Positions 61,206-64,000 of a stretch of 64,000 nucleotides of DNA are shown piece after piece. Position numbers and translations under genes: made by a program. Source of the stretch: Candidatus Bathyarchaeota archaeon (GTDB lineage: Archaea; Thermoproteota; Bathyarchaeia; Bathyarchaeales; Bathycorpusculaceae); assembly GCA_963815095.1 (NCBI GenBank), contig CAWFFH010000003.1, forward strand, positions 256,001 to 320,000. Reading direction: 5' to 3'. Position 1 is the stretch's first letter. Every line of letters begins with the position of its first letter. The notes under the pieces are model-generated. The model saw only the letters and a program-made list of their open reading frames with translations, was not told where the DNA came from and ran no database searches.

Positions 61206-61517
61206 TTACCGTAATCCCATACATGGTCCATAGCCGTATCCATATCCATAGCCGCCTTGATAAGGAGTAGGGGCAGGAGTTGAGCCATCTAAAGGCGCTT
61301 GAGGCGCTACATACTGGTTGACGTAACCTTGGTTTGTTCCATAGCCAAAGCATCGTCCTATCCAACCAAAGAAACCTCCATTGTTAGGTGCTGCAGTGTT
61401 GGGGGTACCGCCAACTGGCGTTTGGCTAGCTGCAATTTGCGCAGAAGCTAAACCGACTATCACCAAAGTTAAAGCCACTACTGCGACCAATCCAATTACG
61501 ATTTTTGTTTTACTCAT
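61206..61517 (-). CDS. Small secreted Gly/Tyr-rich protein
   Basis: Signal peptide, GWIGRCFG, GYGYGYGYGPCM; GGTGA RBS. Confidence 0.75.
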   Translation of the reverse strand: MSKTKIVIGLVAVVALTLVIVGLASAQIAASQTPVGGTPNTAAPNNGGFFGWIGRCFGYGTNQGYVNQYVAPQAPLDGSTPAPTPYQGGYGYGYGYGPCMGLR

Positions 61518-61647
61518 TTGTTTATCACCATATTACAATATGTGCATGGAGGCTTATGGTAGTTGGCTGAAACAGATATGAAACAGATTAAGAAACAGTC
61601 TTAAGCACCCAGGAAAGGGTTTTCTGGAAAATATTGCGTTGAAACAA

Positions 61648-62601
61648 CTATGCGTTTTCAGGTTTTTGTTTTAAGTGTCTCACGGCTATTACAGCGTAGA
61701 TTAAAACAATTTCAGGGACAGTTAAGCAAACAGCAAGAATAGATCCAAATGACATTACTTGCGATATTGAAGGTACTTCAAAATACACTTTCACTTGATG
61801 TGTGCTAAAATGTGTTGTGTACCATACGAAAAAGTTATTGGAGTTTTGTGTGTAACCTTGGTTTGCAGCTTTCTGGCCATCTATCAAAATAACCGGGTTT
61901 GTTCCATAGGGGATTGCAGTCTTTGGAATAGTTATGTTGCTAAAGCCTATGGTGTCTTTTTCGCCTGTCACGATGAAAGACATTATTGTTGAGCTGCCAG
62001 ACTCGTTTGCCGCGATCGTAAAGTTGGATATCTGGAAGCTTGTTACATTTCCGCTAATAGCAAGGTAAACTGTCTCGTCAAGATCTGTTTTAGCTAACAT
62101 TATCGTTGCCAAGGGAGTTGAAGAAGGTGATGGCGCTATTGTTGGAGTTGGAGAAGCTTTTGGCATATTTGTTGGTGTTGGTGTCGAAATTGGTGTTGGG
62201 GTGTAGGTTTGAGTTGGGGTTTCTGTTGGTGTTAGTGTTGAAGTAGGGGTTGGGGTGGGTATTGGAGAAGGAGTTGGTGTTGGAGGTGAGTTTGAAGTCT
62301 GTGTTGTTGAAGGGGATGGCAATGATGTGGGAGAAGGGGTTGGGGTTAGCTTCGGAGTGGGCTCTGAAGTTGGAGTAGGTGAAGATGTTGGTGTTGGTTT
62401 TGATGTTGGCGTAGGAGTTGGTGTTGGTGTTAATGTCGGTTTTGGCGTAGCAGTCGGTGTTGGTCTGGGAGTAGGAGCCGGCGTCGGTGTCGTGGTGGGA
62501 TTAGGAGTTGGAAGGGGTTTTTTCGCAGTGACTTGCATGCTCACTTGTGCACAGATTAAAAAAATTAGTAATGCAAGCATCAGAATTTGTAATTTCTTCA
62601 T
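61648..62601 (-). CDS. Secreted protein with long Pro/Thr repeat stalk, beta domain and TM anchor
   Basis: About 130 aa of PT repeats; FSNITIPK...IDG......YTQ.....VWYTTHFSTH. Confidence 0.85.
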   Translation of the reverse strand: MKKLQILMLALLIFLICAQVSMQVTAKKPLPTPNPTTTPTPAPTPRPTPTATPKPTLTPTPTPTPTSKPTPTSSPTPTSEPTPKLTPTPSPTSLPSPSTTQTSNSPPTPTPSPIPTPTPTSTLTPTETPTQTYTPTPISTPTPTNMPKASPTPTIAPSPSSTPLATIMLAKTDLDETVYLAISGNVTSFQISNFTIAANESGSSTIMSFIVTGEKDTIGFSNITIPKTAIPYGTNPVILIDGQKAANQGYTQNSNNFFVWYTTHFSTHQVKVYFEVPSISQVMSFGSILAVCLTVPEIVLIYAVIAVRHLKQKPENA

Positions 62602-63124
62602 TTTCTTTTTTCACTTAATGTTTCTTATTTTACTTATTTTATTTGAATCGATAAAAGTTGAAGCGCTAAGTCAGAACTACTTAGTACAATACTTTAGAAT
62701 TACGAACAAGAATTAATTCATTTCTTTTCCAGAAAACACTGGTCAATTGGTACCTATCATCATATAATAACTGCGAAGTAATTGAACTTTTAGAATTTAA
62801 AGCTTCAATATCATTCCTGCATACAAAAATTTTTGAAATGCGAGCAGGGCCAAGCTCACTTCAAGCACACATGAGTTTGCGATATTTGCTTTCAATGCTC
62901 ATGCTCCAGCAAAGCAGTCGCTCTAACTCCTGCCTTTTTTGTATCATTTGGATGCAAATGTCTTTTCTTAGGTCCAAAATCATCGATTTCATTATTTCAT
63001 CAACTGTAGTTAGCCCTTGTAAGTTGTTGTAGTTGCTTGGCTACAGCATGGTCTTATATCTTTAATCATCACTCTCAATATATCAGTTAGTTTAGTTTTT
63101 GAAGCGATTTATGGAGCAAAAATT

Positions 63125-63481
63125 ATGATCAAAAAAATCTTTCATGGCGCTATTCTAGAAAGCATCCTGCTAAACCTCATAAACGACACTTCCGACCGCG
63201 GTCTATACGGCTACGCTATCTTAACAACAGTTCATAAGAAATTCGGAATACGCTTGGGCGCCTCAACAATATACCCTGAACTTAAGCGTTTAGAGAAACA
63301 TGGACTCTTAGGTTCAAACTGGGAGTTCGTTCTGGGAAAAGCTCGCAAGCAATATCGAATTACAAAGAAAGGTCAGAGTCTGCTGAGGGCATATTTCGTG
63401 GAGCTAAAAGCTGTTATTCCAGTTTTAGTTTCCAGCAAAACGGAAGACGGTTTAGCTGCATTAAATGCTACGATTGTTTAA
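63125..63481 (+). CDS. PadR-family transcriptional regulator
   Basis: YGY.I, G.STIYP.LKRLE..GL, RK.Y.IT.KG. Confidence 0.9.
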   Translation: MIKKIFHGAILESILLNLINDTSDRGLYGYAILTTVHKKFGIRLGASTIYPELKRLEKHGLLGSNWEFVLGKARKQYRITKKGQSLLRAYFVELKAVIPVLVSSKTEDGLAALNATIV

Positions 63482-63646
63482 TTTCTAAATTTGGAGATAC
63501 GCAGAAACATATTGCATAGAAAAGGTTATTCGTTTCCGGGCTAAGACTCGCCCTTATCGCATTATTTGTGCGGCTATTTCTTTTTACCTTATTTGCGCAA
63601 GTTTTGTCCATTATTTGTGCGTTCTAAGAAAAAAAAGGAATAAGCG

Positions 63647-64000
63647 TTATTTTGCATACGCCTCCACGAGATCGCGTGCTGTTATAATACCGACAAACTT
63701 GTCGTTTTTAATGATAGGCAATCGTCTAATGTGTTTTACAGCCATTGTCGCAGCTGCTCTATGAACACTTGTGCCAGAAGGAACAACGATTAAAGGCCAT
63801 GAACATACTGGTCCTACCTCTGTATACAAATCTCTGCCTGTAGCTAGGAAATCCGTAAGTAAGTCGCGTTCCGTGAAAATCCCAAATGGTTCTCCCTTAC
63901 AGGTAATTATTACGCTACCAATGCGTTGTTTACCCATAATACGAGCAATGCTGATTACGGGCGTTGTTTCCTCTTCAAATACAACATCTTGGGTCATGAA
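63647..64000 (-). CDS. CBS-domain protein (truncated by window edge)
   Basis: IGSVII...GIFTERDL; HIRRLPI...VGIITARDL. Confidence 0.9.
   Translation of the reverse strand, partial: FMTQDVVFEEETTPVISIARIMGKQRIGSVIITCKGEPFGIFTERDLLTDFLATGRDLYTEVGPVCSWPLIVVPSGTSVHRAAATMAVKHIRRLPIIKNDKFVGIITARDLVEAYAK

Noticed and set aside
62120-62520. Dense GGTGTT/GGAGTT repeats and the Gly-Val-rich plus-strand ORF 62255..62716
   Set aside because: Antisense shadow of the Pro/Thr stalk of 61648..62601; the same applies to 9395..9601. Not a CRISPR or satellite.

Overview
AT-rich archaeal chromosomal segment, most likely Bathyarchaeia (inferred from gene repertoire: aIF5B, uS2, enolase, MEMO1, mevalonate kinase, SAMP, FwdB, TATA/BRE promoters, many PEF-type anchored surface proteins, a large PQQ-like beta-propeller protein). 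A few housekeeping genes and tRNA-Pro(UGG) are embedded in accessory DNA: secreted/surface proteins, a VapBC module, two histidine kinases, transporters, pseudogenes and a probable provirus relic. Two candidates for undescribed systems stand out. (1) A 22-bp palindrome, TTAGTCAA-N6-TTGACTAA with an asymmetric spacer, occurs 11 times at six loci, mostly in pairs. The proximal copy is always exactly 5 bp from the TATA box of a surface-protein gene and two copies overlap the stop codon of the preceding gene. This is either a surface-protein regulon or a dif/Xer-like gene-cassette system. (2) A two-gene locus at 45908-47628 encodes an NHLP/Nif11-like leader precursor and a radical SAM-SPASM enzyme with a C-terminal PqqD/RRE-like domain, a candidate archaeal RiPP. 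All assignments come from motif recognition by eye; no searches were run.
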